A DNA stretch of 64,000 nt from Trichoplax sp. H2 (Eukaryota): contig NOWV01000208.1 of the NCBI GenBank assembly GCA_003344405.1, positions 62,001 to 126,000 on the forward strand. The letters are read 5' to 3'. Both the position numbers and the translations under genes were made by a program. Below, one piece after another: positions 62,735-64,000 of this stretch (the stretch's first letter is position 1; each line of letters opens with the position of its first letter). Below the pieces are notes generated by a model that worked only from the letters and a program-made list of their open reading frames with translations, was not told where the DNA came from and did not search any database.

Positions 62735-63054
62735 CGCCATGCAATGTATCACTTGGGATGAGCGACGCTAGAATCAATGATAGTCAAATCTATGGAGAAG
62801 GGGAAACTTTTATCTCAACAACTCCAAAATTTGCTCGACTGAAACGCGCAAGTGCTTGGTGTATTCGCCCAAATTACTTCCAACCTGGAAAAGATTATCT
62901 TGAAATAGATTTATTAAGAAATGCAACATTAACTGCTATCGCGGCACAAGGTCAATCCAATTCCGGAGTAAGCATGTTTCAAATGATGTTCTCTATTGAT
63001 ATACCAGAAATCTCTTGGAAAAATTATACAGCCATTAATTCGACGAAGCCGGAG
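62735..63054 (+). CDS. Exon 4, N-terminal part of discoidin domain 2; the gene probably continues beyond the window
   Basis: TTTCAACAG acceptor; CNVSLGMSDARI...ARL...SAWC...YLEIDL...LTAIAAQG; donor GAG|GTAAAT. Confidence 0.88.
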
Positions 63055-63294
63055 GTAAATGCGAAGATAATTGAAGATAATTGCTCAATATTTAGAATAA
63101 TGTATAAGAAATGAATTGCTATCAAAACTTTATCAAAAGCCTACGTTTCAAACTATTTTTATTCCAATAATTTAGAAAATCATAACCTACCCATTTAACA
63201 TATCTAAAATGACCAATCTATTTATTATTATATTATTAGTAGAAAGATAAATAGAGCTCTATACAATTGAGATGAAATGGTTTTCATCCTTGAT

Positions 63295-63695
63295 TTTTGC
63301 AATCAACAAAGTCGAAATTTGAGTTATTAAAATAGTAAAAATTTGTAACTTGACGGAAAGTGGTCAATATTGCCTTTATCCTTCAAAATAAATTTCATGA
63401 TGAGTCCATTTGTTGCAGAACAATCCACTTTTCATTCCCTCATAAGGTAGTGGAAAATGACTAGAATAAACCGGATAATCAATAATCAACTTCAATTCTG
63501 AAGCATTAATCCAACTCAAAATCTGAGTTATTAAAACTGAGCAAATCTACGACGAGATACAAGATCAGATAAACAACATGTTTAACCTTAAAAGTATCGT
63601 TTATTAATAAAGCGTTTGACAAGAGAAGAATTCACTTTTCTAACCTTATAATAACAGTCGAGTCGAGAGTGGATAAGATAAACCGGATAATCGAT
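63295..63695. repeat. Intronic copy of the dispersed repeat at 21256-21592
   Basis: CAACTCAAAATCTGAGTT, GAGCAAATC, GAGAAGAATTC and ATAAACCGGATAATC (twice) are shared. Confidence 0.65.
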
Positions 63696-64000
63696 TTCGT
63701 CTCCAAGATAGCAGTTTTATATTATCTAACAGTTATATTAAGGCATTACACAAAAGCATCAACTTATGTAGCTGTTTACTGCGGTCTTTCACGCACATAG
63801 TACGTTTACTTTAAGTATACAGTTTTATCATCAGCAATCGTGGAATTACCTTATAAGCGTAGCAGACTATTCTACTTCTTAATGTTACCGTACTTCAATT
63901 ACGAGTGTAATTAGCTGAAAGTACTACACAGATCAATGATAGTAAATAGCATAAGAGATAATTTAAAATGGATCAGGTGCTATATTATTTCAACTAATAA

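Noticed and set aside
1..64000. Specific gene names or ligands for the GPCRs; tRNA/rRNA genes
   Set aside because: No diagnostic similarity to a named receptor could be established by eye, and no RNA gene was recognisable.

Overview
AT-rich (roughly 30% GC) eukaryotic genomic DNA from a draft assembly with seven short N-gaps. An animal origin is supported by the genes; a placozoan such as Trichoplax is plausible but is only inferred from composition and gene style. The window is a head-to-tail, all-minus-strand array of rhodopsin-like (class A) GPCR genes with intronless coding regions. It holds six intact ORFs (300, 24740, 31647, 40098, 43382, 54024), one gene interrupted by an LTR-like insertion and a gap (16059-17035), two frameshifted pseudogenes (about 4350-5205 and 34995-36012) and one 'ghost' locus that keeps only its C-terminal codons and flanks (about 50199). 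The intergenic DNA carries about 15 solo-LTR-like elements of several families (TG...CA ends, mostly 5-bp target-site duplications, no internal gag/pol), a decayed DD34E Tc1 transposase and several diverged tandem repeats. Five gaps are flanked by near-identical duplicates that look like unmerged haplotypes; two show filled versus empty LTR sites. At the right end a multi-exon gene with a signal peptide and tandem F5/8 type C (discoidin) domains begins on the + strand. No rRNA, tRNA or CRISPR was recognised. All alignments were done by eye, so some boundaries are approximate.
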